DNA of 44,886 nucleotides from Octopus bimaculoides (lineage: Eukaryota), in contig NC_068984.1 in assembly GCF_001194135.2 (NCBI RefSeq), forward strand, positions 115,454,681 to 115,499,566, written 5' to 3'. A program made the translations under genes and the position numbers. The notes beneath the pieces are model-generated. The model saw only the letters and a list, made by a program, of their open reading frames with translations, was not told where the DNA came from and made no database searches. This document shows, piece by piece, positions 43,273 through 44,886 of this stretch. Position 1 is the first letter of the stretch; each line of letters starts with the position of its first letter.

Positions 43273-43406
43273 CTAAAATCAGCTGTAGAAAGAAGCCGGG
43301 TCAGAGAAACACAATTCCCCTCCATGGTCCCTTGTCCAACTGTTGGAACCACACTCCGTCTGCAAGCTACGTAAGCAGCACATGCCAACCAATGTAATGG
43401 TTCCCC
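43273..43406 (-). CDS. RBL1: RBL exon (RbN), GEPLHWLACAAYVACRRSVVPTVGQGTMEGNCVSLTRLLSTADFS
   Basis: ttttag|GGGGAA ... TTTTAG|gtaagg; 134 nt, phase 0 to 2; matches p107 HWLACSLYVACR...EGNCVSLTRIL motif. Confidence 0.95.
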
Positions 43407-44607
43407 CTAAAATGTAAAAAGGAGATTTACAAATGTAAATAATAGCTATGCAGTTTAGAGGGAAAGAAACAATGGACAAAATTTCGCAGTAGAGAAAAAG
43501 AAAAGAGAAGACTGACCCAAAAAATTGAGAACAAAATACCTTCAAACATTTCTATAAAGAAATTATTATACATATTAGAAACAACATTAAATTAAAATAC
43601 CAGTGTGTGTGTGTTGTCATTGTCATCATCATTATTTAATATCCATCTTTCATGTTGGTGTGAGTTAGAGAGTTTGGTAGCAGCTGGCAAGCCAAAAGAC
43701 TGTACCAAGCTCTACCATCAACTTTGGCATGGTTTATTTATGGCTGGATACCCTTTCTAATAACCAACCCCTTCACAGAGTATACTGGGTGCTTTTTCTA
43801 TGGCACCAACAAGGTCATCAAATAACTTGCAAAAACACCTCAACTAAGTGCAGAATAGTATTAAGGGAGGTGCCAAGCAATGATAGGTCAGAGTATGAAT
43901 AGAAGGACAAAAACAGGTGTCTCACAGTAGAAAAGATCCAACAGTGTAGCGCTAACTGTAATAATTTGTCTCAGAGACACTTATTAAAGAGCTTCCTTTC
44001 GTTTGCTTTTTAATGCACAAGTCTCTTTGAGAAGATTCTCCGAAACTAAATATCACACTTCATGTTCTAAGTTCAAATCCTGCCCTGGGTTATCCAGGTG
44101 ATAGACTTGTTGCCTGATTTAACATCACTACCTGAAACCAGTTTGTGGTGCAAAAAAGGATGGAGACCGATGGAACAACAGATATAACCAATAGTTCAAA
44201 GATGGGTACAGGAGTAACATAAGAAACAGGAATGACAACTGGACAATAATGGATCTAGATATATTAAATAATGAGATGGTCATAGCTAGAATGATTAGGG
44301 CTGACACAGATCAAAATAACAGTATATATAATATTCTAAAAGTGCATCCTGCCTTATCTTCGAAACACCTAGTTTTAGAATAGAGGCAGCTGATGAAGGA
44401 ATAATTCCAAGTGGCTTGTTTATTTTCCTATGTGTTCGTTCTGTTGTCTGCAAACAAAGTCCGTTTTGTTTTTATGCTCCCGTTCATTTTTCTAACGTCC
44501 TGTACCCGATTATGCATCTATATATACATGTAGATGTAGGTATACATGCATGTGCCTATATATCATCAAACGCACGCATACATTTGCAAGTAAGTTTCAA
44601 CTTTATA

Positions 44608-44645
<38 letters not shown>

Positions 44646-44646
<1 letters not shown>

Positions 44647-44886
44647 TAGCAGAAATACCCGGCGTTGCCCGGGTTAAAGAGAATAATGAAATCTAAAAAC
44701 GCCGTCTATACTACGCATCATCTTTATATATAGAGATGTATATACACACACGCACCCAAACACACGTATATATATGTATATCAATATAAATATATGAAAG
44801 TCAATGAAGTTTCGTAAAAGAAGGTGATCATGTACATACTTTCTTGCTGTTGTGATTATAACACCTCATTGTAAACTATGTTCCTT
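44646..44886 (-). mobile_element. Helitron 3' end, second copy, runs off the window
   Basis: 4 substitutions versus 32058-32298 by eye; intact hairpin ACCCGG-GCAACG-CCGGGT before CTAG|T. Confidence 0.9.

Larger units (their letters stand above)
353..43406 (-). other. RBL1: Span of multi-exon retinoblastoma-like (p107/p130-type) pocket protein gene; first and last exons outside window
   Basis: 22 exons joined in frame by eye (21 complete = 2882 nt, plus one partly in a gap). They give RbN, pocket A, spacer with RxL motif, pocket B and start of RbC in the expected order. RBL1 vs RBL2 orthology cannot be resolved by eye. Confidence 0.93.

Noticed and set aside
44357-44400. CGAAAC...GTT...CTGATGAAGG as a type II hammerhead
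   Set aside because: Helix I barely pairs, helix III is 2 bp with a non-palindromic loop, and helix II has no proper closing pair.

Overview
AT-rich, repeat-dense animal genomic DNA with five N gaps. The repeat content suggests an octopus/cephalopod scaffold (inference). The window lies inside one minus-strand gene for a retinoblastoma-family pocket protein of the p107/p130 (RBL1/RBL2) type. I traced 22 coding exons by hand, all with AG/GT boundaries and compatible phases; one runs into a gap, and the first and last exons are outside the window. The introns hold at least four SINE families, several piggyBac-like (TTAA) and hAT (8-bp TSD) MITEs, RTE and Dong/R4-like LINE remnants, two near-identical Helitrons (one still encoding the helicase C-terminus), a candidate solo LTR and palindrome-based minisatellites. 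The most unusual signal is three different hammerhead-ribozyme-like motifs (10731-10794 minus, 26412-26487 minus, 42898-42942 plus). Each has a palindromic helix III and sits in a few-hundred-bp AT-rich unit within TA/CA microsatellite, as expected for Penelope-like/retrozyme elements. Two are in the sense orientation of the host pre-mRNA. All alignments, folds and family names are by eye and from memory; no searches were run.
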